Shown here one piece after another: positions 38,021 to 49,266 of a stretch of 64,000 nt of DNA. The notes under the pieces were generated by a model, which saw nothing but the letters and a program-made list of their open reading frames with translations, searched no databases and had not been told where the DNA came from. The translations under genes and the position numbers were made by a program. Position 1 is the stretch's first letter; every line of letters starts with the position of its first letter. The stretch lies in assembly GCA_030390025.1 (NCBI GenBank), contig CM059433.1:23126001-23190000 (forward strand), given 5' to 3'. This DNA comes from Squalus acanthias (taxonomy: Eukaryota).

Positions 38021-39568
38021 TGTAAAGTTTCGCAATTATCGCGATTCGAAATAACGAGATAGAAGCAGATTCGTTTGATCAGTTTATTTAAACGAAATGC
38101 TGTCATGATTAAACAAGACACAGAAGCCTGTAAAATGGCCGCCGCGCATCGTGGCAGAAGTTTCCAGAAGCACAGTGGGCAGACAAGATGGCGTTCGAAT
38201 AAACATTTTCGATAAGCACTGATAAAGACAGGATGCAACCTGTTTGCATTTGTGACAATAGCAAAAGATATGAGTGCTGGAATCGTTTTCCATGCACAAG
38301 TAAGGACCATTGTACTGGGCAATCGAGGGCCCATCCAGACACATCAATACGCAAATACCCCCACGGCTCTACAATGAGAGAGCCATTCTCGGGTGATTAA
38401 ACAAGTATTCGGGGGGCCCCAAAACCCAGCCAGGGAGGCTCCTAGCCGGTTCGACAATGGGGAAAACATTAACGGGTAGTTGGCCAGTCTCAGGTGCTAC
38501 CGAAACCCGTTAAAGACAAGAATCACCCCATGCTGGGAGTTTTGAGCGCCAATATTTCACAAAGGACAAACATTAAGATTTGGGCGGGAGATAAGAAAAC
38601 ACAGCACTATAACTATAGTGAACAAATGTCCATCGCTCTCTTATCTCTCCTATCCTTATCCTCGGGTATCGCTCTGCTGGACGAGCAGCCTTCTGTGTTT
38701 CTCTGGACTCTGTCGACTAATGTTGGGTGGAGCTCAATCGGGACGAGCCGCCTCGACGGAGGGCGCGTAACCGGGTGCACCATCCCGAGTGTCGGTAAAC
38801 GGTGTTCTGGACCCGAAGGCCCAAAAAGACAAGACAAGATGAGAAGAGAAGAAGAAGAGTCCACGTGCCGCCGCGGTCAGTAAACCCCGACCGCGCCCGA
38901 AAATATATAGACCATTTTTGAACTCTATAGGTTGCTGCACGAACCAGTGAAAGACTCTTCTTCGAATTCTATCGACAACCGGTGTCGATACAAGAAGACT
39001 CTTATTTGAATTCTACTGGTAACTGGTGTCGGTCCAGAAAGACTTTTCTTTGAGTTCTACAGCCGGGCCCAAGCACTGTCGAGTTCTTCATGACAACGGG
39101 GAGCCCGGCCTGCTTGCCGCAGCAGCGAAGATAAACAAGTGGGGTACAGAGACCCCTTCAAACACGTGACAGTCAGGCGCTGCAGCGAAACGAGCCGAGT
39201 GCCTCATTTTAAAATTCTCCGAAGTATCACGAGTGGTGAGCATGTTTCCCGATCCTACAAATCTAGATGTAGTGTAGGTATTGATAGGGGAGGGTGGTTT
39301 TATTAAGGATAAAGTATAATGTGTTCCCCTTTTTACGATGTGCCGTGCGTTCTTCATTACCATAGACCAAGCTTTATGAATGTATGTATACTTGTACTAT
39401 CGTTAATTTGTGCCTATGACATGTACTTCATGATTTTGGATGCTATGCAATAAAGATTTCCATTTTGTGCTATTCAACCGGGTCTATTTGAGTTTTTCTC
39501 TGCATTACTGCTCTCGCACCTAAGTCCAGTGTTAGAACCGTAAGGGCGAGTGGGTCGAACCACTCACA
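38021..39568 (+). mobile_element. Solo-LTR-like element (about 1.55 kb)
   Basis: TGT...ACA termini; TATATA 38904; AATAAA 39449; CpG-rich; sharp junction inside CR1; no matching TSD. Confidence 0.6.
38951..39060. repeat. 44-bp tandem repeat (about 2.5 copies) inside the LTR
   Basis: AAGACT starts at 38951, 38995 and 39039. Confidence 0.85.
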
Positions 39569-39875
39569 GGTGCTTATTGCAACAAGGCTGGCCGGAGACC
39601 AGAGCAAGCAATAGTATTAGGCAACGAAGGCCTAACCCCGCACCAGCACCGTCTGCGATACAACATGACACAGAACCCCTTACATGACCCCTAGGGGGTA
39701 AATTCATTAGCGACCAGCCTGGGTCACTAACATCGCTGGGGGCTAAATTTAGCGCCCGGTGAAAAATAACACTGGCGATCGCCAACTTCAGTTTTAGTGC
39801 CCCAGGAGCGAGGTGGAGCACTAATTCAAGCGGGGGCGCTAACGAGAGGCGCAAATGCACCGAATTTCTAGCCCC
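39569..39875. mobile_element. Orphan end of a Harbinger MITE
   Basis: Ends GAGGCGCAAATGCACCGAATTTCTAGCCCC, close to the reverse complement of the start of MITE 49267. Confidence 0.65.
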
Positions 39876-40800
39876 TAGTTTTGGACACCCCAGAAATGGA
39901 AACATCGTAACATAAATTGTAATCTTATCCTATAATCATATCAGTGGTTGAGCAGGATACATGCTAGTGCAGTTTTTGTATGATCTGTTGGAAATAATTG
40001 GCCTAATGGGACGATCGGCTTCACACATTTCGCACTTCAGAATCCCATCTTCAAATTGGCCATTCTTTAACTTACAAGACAAATCTTCCAGATGAAAAGG
40101 CACCTTTGAAATTCTAAGTCACTTTCCCATTGACTGTCAATTAATATTCCTTCCCACGATTCTTGTAACTTATATTACAGTCTTCACCTACTACTCTCTG
40201 TCTTCAAAGCATTTTTTCTGTGTCTTTGGTATGTAAGAAAATGCACTGAAAAATATGTTTCTTGTCAAATCACTTATTTTCGCTACTATTTTGCCTCAGT
40301 CATTTTTTAACATTACCAATTGGATACGAAATTGTCTAAGTGACAGGAAACAGAGAGTAGTGGTGAACGGTTGTTTTTCGAACTGGAGGAAGATATATAG
40401 TGGTGTTCCCCAGGGGTCGGTACTAGGACCACTGCTTTTCTTGATATATATTAATGACCTGGACTTGGGAGTACAGGACTCAATTTCATAATTTGCAGTT
40501 GACACAAAACTTGGAAGTATAGTGAACAGTAGGGAAGATATGATAGACTTCAAGAAGACATACACAGACTGGTGAAATGGGCGGACACGTGGCAGATGAA
40601 ATTTAACGCAGAAAAGTGCAATGTGATACATTTTGGTAGGAGGAACGAGGAGAGGCAATATAAACTAAAGGGTAGAATCCTAAAGGGGGTGCATGAACAG
40701 ACAGACCTGGAGGTATATGTGCACAAATCATTGAAGGTGGCAGGGCAGGTTGAAAAAGCCGTTAAAAAGCATGCGGGATCCTGGGCTTCATAAATAGAGG

Positions 40801-41034
40801 TCATGATGCGGTCATAATTAACTTTATCACACCTCGGCAGATAGTCAGGATGATTTAATTTATTGGTCTGCAATTGTAAAGTACACATGCTTTGTTTTCC
40901 ATCTATATATGCTCTGGCGATTCTGTATCCAATTTACTTCACCTGAGGAAGGAGCAATCGATAGCTCCGAAAGCTTGTGATTTCAAATAAAACTGTTGGA
41001 CTATAACCTGGTGTTGTGCGACCTCTCAATTTTG
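40801..41034 (+). mobile_element. Short PLE-A insertion
   Basis: 14-bp TSD TTCATAAATAGAGG (40787-40800 / 41035-41048); 40815-41021 identical to 28088-28290 except 4 extra nt in the ribozyme loop; 11-bp inverted tail at the 5' end. Confidence 0.9.
40939..40980 (+). ncRNA. Minimal hammerhead ribozyme motif
   Basis: TCAC CTGAGGA A GGAGC AATCGATA GCTCC GAAA GCTT GTGA. Confidence 0.75.
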
Positions 41035-41802
41035 TTCATAAATAGAGGCAGAGAGTACAAAAGCAAGGAAGTTATGATGAAACTTTATAAAACACTGGTT
41101 TGGCCTCAACCGGAGTATTGTGTCCAATTCTGGACACCGCACTTTAGGAAGGATGTGAAGGCCTTAGAGAGGGTGCAGAAAAGATTTATGAGAATGATTC
41201 CAGGGATGAGGGACTTCAGTTACGCGGATAGACTAGAGAAGCTGGGGTTGTTCTCCTTAGAGCAGAGAAGATTGAGAGGAAATTTAATAGAGGTATTCAA
41301 AATCATGAGGGGTCTAGACAGAGTAGATAGAGAGAAACTGTTCCCATTGGCAGAAGGGTCGAGAACCAGAGGACACAGATTCAAGGTGATTGGCAAAAGA
41401 ACCAAAGGCGACATGAGGAAAAACTTTTTTACGCAGCGAGTGGTTAGGATCTGGAATGCACTGCCTGAAAGGGCGGTGGAGGCAGACTCAATTGTAGCTT
41501 TCAAAAGGGAAGTGGATAAGTACCTGAAGGAAAAAAAATTGCAGGGCTATGGGGAAAGGCGGGGGAGTGGGACTAGCTGAATTGCTCTTGCAGGGAGCCA
41601 GCACGGGCTCGACGGGCCGAATGAGTCTATGGGGGAGGAATTCGGCATGATAGCGCCTCCCGTTAGAACCTGGTGGGGGGCGCTAACAGGTTTGCGGCGG
41701 GGCACAGCTAATCCAATGCCGCACGCGGAATTCACCCGGGATTTAGTGCAGGTGCTAACAGTTAGCGCCTAGGCCTTTAGCGGCTGCCGGATCATGACAT
41801 CA

Positions 41803-43068
41803 TGTAGGATTTGGACAGTACCAACTTCAGTGGGTGCATGTGCCTGAAGGATTTTTGGACTTTTAAAATGGAGATGCACCCTCTTAAAATGGAGATGCAC
41901 TTGGGATGCATTTCAAAATGGAGTTTGGACTTTTGGACTTTAAAACAAGACTGACTTTTGGTTTCTGTGAAGATAGCAGGAACTGTCTGTCTTTTTGGTT
42001 GCCATGGGACCAGTCTCAACGCTGACGTCATGAAAGGCAGGGGCCTTTTCATTTTGAACTTGTGTGATTTGTGGAAAAACACCTTTTGTCCATGGAGCCG
42101 GGATGTCTGGATGGACAATGAGGTTTGCAGGCCAAAAGTAACACCTCTGGACTCTTTCAATGAAGGAGCAGTCAAGAACTTAAACAGTTAGCACTTCAAG
42201 AACTGCTCATCTACAGTAATGGCCTACCATTGTTTTCATCAAGATGACCAATCCAGGACAGAGACGTCACCAGGAAGACCAACTAGCGTCTCTGCGACCA
42301 TGGTAACCAGGAATCGCCCAGCCAGTTTTGTGTATTATACGGGGTATAAATATGCTGAACTTTGGAGATTCAGGGCTTGCTTTTTCTCTACCATCTGGAA
42401 TGGGGTTCTCCGCGTAGCTACGCGTCTGTCAACTCTCCAGAAACGCCCGAAGTGAGTGCCTTGCCGTGCCGCCTGAACGGAACTCTCTAGGCTTCATCGC
42501 ATGCCTCTTATAGGCACGGTTTTGCCTCTGGAGTCGAACGGACCCTGGACCGCGTGAATCAATGACAAGGGCTGGTAATTATATCCAGCATACACCTCTA
42601 GAAATCCCCAGGATCGCCCGTGTGTTTGGCTGCTGAGGAACTGCAAGTTTCCAAGATGCAGGCTAACACGTGTGTGTGTGTGTGAGGAGGCTTCCAAATG
42701 TGGGTTCTGACCAAACCGGGAGAGGGGTTTAGTTAGAAGGGTTTTTTTTCCCATTATCTAGGCTTAGATTCTGGGAAGGGGTTGGTTTGGCGTAACCAAC
42801 AGGGTGGGTATTTTAATCTCAGGTTATAAACTAGTGTCCACGGTCACCTACTCATTATGCCGTAAGCGAGAGGAGTAGGGGTTGTCGTTTTGTGTGTGTA
42901 ATAAAAGGAATCGATCTTTGACCAACCTGAACCGTTTCGTTTTGTCTGAGTCAATTATAATCTATCCGTAGTAACTCCTTGGGTCTGAACTTGGGGGTTG
43001 TGGGGCTTGTGGTTCGTGGTATAATTCGGAAGACCAACCGGGCGGCATCCGGTCACGGCCGGGTTACA
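41803..43068 (+). mobile_element. Solo-LTR-like element (about 1.27 kb)
   Basis: TGTA...TACA termini; TATAAA 42345; AATAAA 42900; short internal direct repeats (TTAAAATGGAGATGCAC x2); interrupts Harbinger subterminal GACATCA|GT. Confidence 0.6.
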
Positions 43069-43598
43069 CAGTAATCCCGCTGGGGACGCTGCGCATTGGG
43101 CATAGGAGAAGACCTATCTGGCCTTGGTCTCTCTCTCTGTGTGGAATTACTCGCTAATCGACGGGCTAGGCAGGGACTATTAGCAAAAGTTCCTGCCGTC
43201 CAAGGGAAACAACCCAAACCGGGGAGCTTTTTTAATGCACGGGTCGACTCAAGGGAGAGTCATAGAAACACGGGGCACGCAAAAACACCCTACAATCAAT
43301 GACTTTGGAACGCCCCGTTAACGGCCCAGATGCAAAATTGACATTTTCCCCCTGCCTTGGCGCCTGGCCTGAACAACGGCAGGAAGAGGAGGGGTGATGC
43401 ATTCGGATGGCCGCTGTAGGAGCGGTATTTAAAGGGATCAACATCCACTTTCATTTTAGTCGCCAATCAATGTTGCCTTCTCAGTTTCACATAGCGAAAC
43501 AGCCATTTTCAGTGAGTTAAACGTTTCTTACTTTAAGGAGTGTTGTGGCTGCTAAAAATGTGTCACTTTCGTTCTGCTAAGATTTCGAAGTCCTACAC

Positions 43599-44682
43599 TT
43601 GGTTACATTAATGGGGGATGTACTGGCACTTGACCTCGCCCTCCAGCATCAACGTCGGAGCCAGAGACAAACATTGGAAAATGTGGCCAGAGGGAGGAGG
43701 AGCAACAGGGCTCTTAACAGGAGGTCTTACCCTCCCAGGTTATTCTGGGAGCACTTCTCCCACATAAATTTAACTGAGAAACAGTGTCTTACTAGGCTCC
43801 GCTTCACCAAGGAGGTGGTCACAGAGCTCTGCCACCTCCTGCAGCCAGACCTCAAGCCTCAGATCAGGACCACCACGGCTCTCTCAGTGGCAGTCAAGGT
43901 CACCGTCGCCCTCAATTTCTATGCCAGCGGATCCTTCCAGTCTGCAGCAGGAGACATATCTAACATTTTGCAGTTCGCCATCCATTGCTGCATTTGGGAG
44001 GTCACAGAGGCTCTCTACAGTAGGAGAAGGGACTACATTTCCTTCCCCATCACCAGAGAGAAGCAGGACGAACATGCATGTGGCTTTGCCAGGATAGCGG
44101 GCTTCCCCATGGTGCAGGGCATCATTGACTGCACCCACTTTGCTTTGCAGGCACCCCATAACAATCCTGAGGTCTTCCGTAACCGCAAAGGCTACCACTC
44201 ACTTAATGTGCAGTTGGTGCGCAACCACACACAGCGAATCCTCACCGTCAATGCCCGCTATCCTGGCAGCAACCACGATGCCTTCATCCTTCATTCCAGC
44301 ACTCTTTCAGCCACCACATCAAGCTCGCGGTTGGCTGGTCGGAGACAAGGGGTATCCGATCTCCACCTGGCTCATGCCTCCCCTCCGGAACCCCAACACT
44401 CCTGCCAAGGGCTCATATAATGAGAGCCATGCCGCCAGTAGGAACATCATCGAGCAGACCATTGGAGTGGTCAAGCAACGGTTCCACTGCCTTGACCGCT
44501 CGGGAGGAGCCCTCCAGTACTGGGCTGAGCCGGTGTCCCATTTCATCGTGGTCTGCTGCATGCTGCACAACTTGGCCATCATGAGGGCACAGCCATTGCC
44601 ACCAGGCATAGCGGGACCACCTCAGGAGGAGGAAGAGGGAGAGGAGGAGGAGGAGGAGCAACAGGAGAAGGAACAGCAGTAA
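43599..44682 (+). pseudogene. Harbinger DDE transposase (HARBI1-family fold), one frameshift near 44290
   Basis: LNFYASGSFQ, VQGIIDCTH (D), RNRKGYHSLNVQLV, RYPGSNHDAFIL, WLVGDKGY (D), YNESH..SRNIIEQTIG..KQRF (E), CCMLHN. Confidence 0.9.
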
Positions 44683-45274
44683 GGGAGGAGGCAGTCACTC
44701 AATCAGCCTTCTGGAACCGCCTCATCAGTCTGCGGTTCCATTCATTTCTACCCCAGTTGCTCAGCACATCCCCATCGTTCCATCTTTTAGCAGGCCTTAT
44801 CACAGCGCAAAGCTGAAATGAGAGACACCACAAAATCTGCAAAATTCCATTAATAAATTTGTCAACATTCAGTAAACACATATATACAACAACAATATTA
44901 ACTAATTACCCCTGTGCAAACCCTTACTTCCCCTCTTTACAATGCCTTTTCCTAATCTACTGCTCCTACGTAGTCTGTCCTCAGTGGCTGCAGCAGGGCT
45001 GGTGGAAGGCTGCTGAGTGTCAGTGCCAAAGACTTCAGATGACCTTGCAGGATGACCTCGAGCAGCTCTGAGCCTGGAAGGCCCGGCTGTACACTGCACC
45101 ACCTCAGGCTGGGCGGCAGCAGTCTGGCCTGGCTGGATGACAAGCAGCGACAAGTGCAATGGCAGAGTGCCAGTGGTGGGAGCAGGAATGCTTTCATCCT
45201 GAGAGAGGACAGCAGGTTCCTGCTCGACTGACACACTGATACTCCCCCGGGGCAGCACCTCAGCATCCCTATAT

Positions 45275-46065
45275 ACTTCCAAGTTTTGTGTCATCTGCAA
45301 ATTTTGAAATTGTGCCCTGTATACCCACAGCTAAGTCATTAATATATATCAAGGAAAGCAATGGGTCCTAGTACCGACCCCTGCAGAACACCACTGTACA
45401 CCATCCACCAGTCCGAAAAACAACCATTCACCACTACTCTCTGTTTCCTGTCACTTAGCCAATTTTGTATCCATGCTGCCACTGTCCCCTTTATTCCATG
45501 GGCCTCAACTTTGCTGGCAAGCCTATTATGTGGCACTTTGTTGAACGCCTTTTGGAAATCCATGTAGACCACGTCAACCACATTGCCCTCATCAACCCTT
45601 TCTGTTACCTCATCAAAAAACTCGATCAAGTTGGTTAAACATGATTTGCCTTTAACAAATCCGTGCTGGCTTTCCTTAATTAATCCACACTTATCCAAGT
45701 GACTGTTAATTTTGTACCTGATTCTATGTTTCTAAAAGCTTCCCCACTACCGAGATTAAACTGACTGGCCTATAGTTGCTGGGTTTATCTTTACACCCTT
45801 TTTTAAAAAAGGGTGTAACATTTGCAATTCTCAAGTCCTCTGGCACCACCCCCATTTCTAAGGACAATTGGAATATTATGGCCAGTAACTCCGCGATTTC
45901 TTCCTTCACTTCCCTCAGCATCCTAGGATGAATCCCATCCAGTCCTGGTGACTTATCTACTTTAAATACAGCGAGCCTTTCTAGTACCTCGTCTTTATCA
46001 ATTCTTATCCCAGCCAGTATCTCCTCTACCTCCTCCTTTACTATGTCTATGGCAGCATCCTCTTC
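45275..46065 (-). mobile_element. CR1 internal RT fragment
   Basis: NYRPVSLISVVGK, ESQHGFVKGKSCLTNL, YMDFQKAFNKVPH, QGSVLGP, FADDTK; 3' end absent. Confidence 0.9.
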
Positions 46066-47009
46066 TTTATTTTCAACACTTTGCGTTCTTGGACAGATTT
46101 GTGTGTACCTTTGGAAGTGAGTTGCAGTGAATGGAGAGACATAAGGGTACCCCCAGCAATGGCGATGAGTGTGAATGGGTATTGTAGGGATGCTTTATGG
46201 TGTTGTTGTGGGGTGGTGCCAACCTGGCGCATGTGGCAGCCAGGGTGTACAGCCATCAAGTGAAGTAAATGTGGCCAGGGTGAGGCCATCCCAGGCGTCC
46301 CGGGCAGCAATGTGGTCGGGTGCTGATTCCCTGTGTCCTGTGCAGCATCAGTTGATTGCGGAGAAGGTTGGTGTTGTTGTTGGTGCTGCTGGTGTGCCTG
46401 GTACTGCTGGTGTTGGGGCTGATCATGGTGGGATTCTGAGGACCAAGTTGAGATTTTTTAAAAGCACCAATGCTGATGGAATAGATGGTAGGTGAGGTTG
46501 AGATGACAGAAGTGATCTGTCAATGGTGAGAGAGGTTGTTCCAATGAGGTGACACGGGATAGAGAGTTTGCTCCAAACACTTGCTAGCTGCATAAAGCTC
46601 AATCTGTCTTCTAAATGCAGTAAGCAACAGCTTCTAACCTTGGAAAGTGAAGACCTATGAAATGGGAGCTTTTATCGACCACTTGCAGCTGTCAAGTTAG
46701 TAAATCATCCCATGCTGACACAACACCCGACCTCCTTACCTGACGTGATCCCCGAGCAGCAGGGAAGCTGTTGGCGACCATTAAAAATCTAAAGGTAAGC
46801 TTAAAATAATGCTTAATTGCCTCTTAACAATCCAGCTAATGATCTAAATTGCCTCCCCCGCCGCTTTGTGTCGGGTCTGTTCAGCGCTGACAGACCCAAC
46901 ACCATGGAGACGGGTTGACAGCGGGGTCCCGACCCGCTGTCAATCATTTCAAATTTCACAAATGACCCGCCTCCGGTCCCGTCCTCTCGGCGCCGGCAAA
47001 ATTCCGGCC
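46066..47009 (-). mobile_element. Fragment of a second Harbinger family
   Basis: Reverse-complement homolog of 54614-55570; TIR GGCCGGAATTTTGCC at 47009. Confidence 0.75.
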
Positions 47010-47336
47010 AACGTTTCAGGTAACAAGGTAAAAGAGCAAATGAAAATCCCGTCGGAGAGCAGAGCAGAACTTTTTCAAGGTGGACATTCCTGGAAGAGAA
47101 GAGGCAGTGAATTTCTGTTTTTATTTCAGATTTCCAGCATCCGCAGAATTTTGCTTTTGTATTAGTGTTTAATTCACTGCCACATCTCTTCCAGGAATGC
47201 CCACCTTGAAGAAGTTCTATTCTTCTCTCCGACGGGATTTTCCTTTGTCTCTTTTACCTTGTTACCTGAATCGTTAACACTGTTTCTCTTTCCACAGATG
47301 CTGCCTGACCTGCTGAATATTTCCAGCATTTTCTGT
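47010..47336. mobile_element. PLE-B rearranged mini-element with inverted arm
   Basis: Imperfect inverted repeat 47010-47113 / 47171-47275; rest matches the PLE-B pLTR (CCACAGATGCTGCCTGACCTGCTG..TTTCCAGCATTTTCTGT). Confidence 0.75.
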
Positions 47337-47371
47337 AATTTGCTTTTTATTGTTGGTATAGGGACTAACAT

Positions 47372-47585
47372 TTGCCATAGGATCTTTGATATCCACCTGA
47401 CAATGGCAGACAGGAGCTCAGTTTAACATCTCCTCTAAAAGACAGCAGCTCCGGCAATACAGCACTACCTTAGTACTGCACTGAAATACCAGCCGAGATT
47501 AGATACTCAAGTCTTTTTAGTGGACCCTGAATCCAGAACCTTTTAACTCTGAGGCCAGGTTGCTACCATCTGAACCAAGTTGCCA
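47372..47585 (-). mobile_element. Old Deu-SINE 5' half
   Basis: Diverged reverse complement of 23025-23232. Confidence 0.65.
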
Positions 47586-49266
47586 TATAAGCATGGATGT
47601 TTTAACTTACATAGTTAGATGTGAAGCTTTAAATAAGTATTGACCTGTGCTTGGGTCTGAGGCCAGAATGCATGCAGCGTTAACACGTGTGCCTGTGGGC
47701 AGGAGCTACTGTGACTGTGGTTAGCAGCTAGTTGCTGCATGGTGGATCTGTTGTCAGTCAGATTCCTATTCTTGCTGCAGCTAAGTGTCAATCAAAGCAC
47801 TCGATCAAATTGTTGCCTCGACCAGTCAATGTTGTTGATGCTGCCGGGTGGGTCGTGTGGTAACCCTGACAATTGATGTCTTTGCTCCAGAATCTCCAGT
47901 TAATGCCCTGGGGCAATATGGTGTTATCCCTGTCATGATTTAGAGAGATTACAAAATAATACTTTATAGATAAAGGTTGAACTCATTTGTACATTTTCCC
48001 ATATTGTTCTAAAGTAAAATAAAGTATTTTAAATCTGGAGTTGCAATTAGCAGCAGTAATACCCAACTGTTGATTCAAAGAATTCTGTAATCTGCAACAT
48101 TAATGAACTCTCTCATTAAAAAGGAGCTATCTGAATATGTGGTTAGGAACACTGAAGGTTACAGGGACAAGGATGAATATAGACAGTGATGATCAGATAC
48201 ACTGTAGATACACTATAGCTCCAGTCTACTGAGACCATGGAAATGTCACACATAAAATTAAACCAGAATTATGTAAATTGTAATGTAGATTGATGTTTCG
48301 AGACTTGGAGAGTTTTATTTAAAGTTATATGTAGTTATGCACCTCTCTCTGAAGATGAAATAAACTGGAGAGAGACCATGGTAATGCAAACTCTATACCG
48401 GGACAACTTTTACGAGTTGACACTCTCTGGCTCGATGGAGGGCTGATCAGAAAATCAGCCACAGAGGTTAGAGCACCCAATTTGCAAACCTTTTAATTTT
48501 CCATTTATTAATTTCACCAACAGAAAAATTGGGAATGTATGCCCGGCCCACTGACCTCCTGTCAATTGCGGTCCACGCTGGGAGTGCAAACTCGCAACAT
48601 TTTCTCAGACTCTATTGGAAGGAGCTAGTTCATTGGCCCAGTCGCACTTTTCGCATTCCAAGGTTTCTTATAATAATAATTATAACAACTGTACTTGCAT
48701 TTATATAGCTTCTTTTAAATCAAAATGTCGAGGACTTCAAGTAATTAATTATTTTTGAAGTGGAGGGACTGTTATATCCTGATATTCATTGAATTCCTTA
48801 ACTATTACAGGGTAGACATGACTCAGTGATATTATTGTATAAATGCTTGTACCAAATTCTATTCTGCTATTTTAACGAGGGTGTGAACCTCTTTGTTTTA
48901 ACGAATTAACGCCCCCTCAAAATTTCAGCGAGAGGATTTGATACAAGCCCATTGAGCTTTCGAACAATAACATCACTGATAGAAATATTTACTCTTACAC
49001 TTTGATTTACCAGTTGTATTTTACTATTTTTCACATATATTTGGGTTGAGTGCATTTAACCCAGATCAAGAATTGATTCAAAACCTGGATTGCCACGTGC
49101 TATCAGTTTCTACAAAGAGTAGCTGACATCCCCAATTCCTGTTGATTGAACCTAACAGTTCTTATCGAAAGTCAAAATTAATTCTTTTAATTCTTTCCAA
49201 TGGAATTGCCATGATTTTCCATTCAAATTCACAGATATTTGTAGGCACTAGGTAGCAAAAGGTTAA

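Larger units (their letters stand above)
36192..39906 (-). mobile_element. CR1 3' end fragmented by nested insertions (36192-36475, 38002-38020, 39876-39906)
   Basis: Joined pieces read TTATTAGTGACT/ATCTTATATTTATGAC/.../TAGTTTTGGACACCCC, matching intact paralog 11427-11490. Confidence 0.8.
40315..41625 (+). mobile_element. CR1 LINE 3' fragment (RT C-terminal half)
   Basis: [56 protein letters not shown]; interrupted by PLE-A at 40801-41034. Confidence 0.9.
41631..45274 (+). mobile_element. PIF/Harbinger transposon, right end lost
   Basis: Left TIR GGGGGAGGAATTCGG with subterminal similarity to 36476; transposase ORF; convergent second-ORF remnant 44902-45270; LTR inserted at 41803. Confidence 0.8.

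Noticed and set aside
38951-39062. Repeat-spacer appearance suggesting a CRISPR array
   Set aside because: The 'spacers' are homologous to each other, there are only about 2.5 units, the context is a eukaryotic LTR and no cas genes are present
43599-44682. Domesticated host gene HARBI1
   Set aside because: Frameshifted, intronless, next to a TIR and accompanied by several related defective copies
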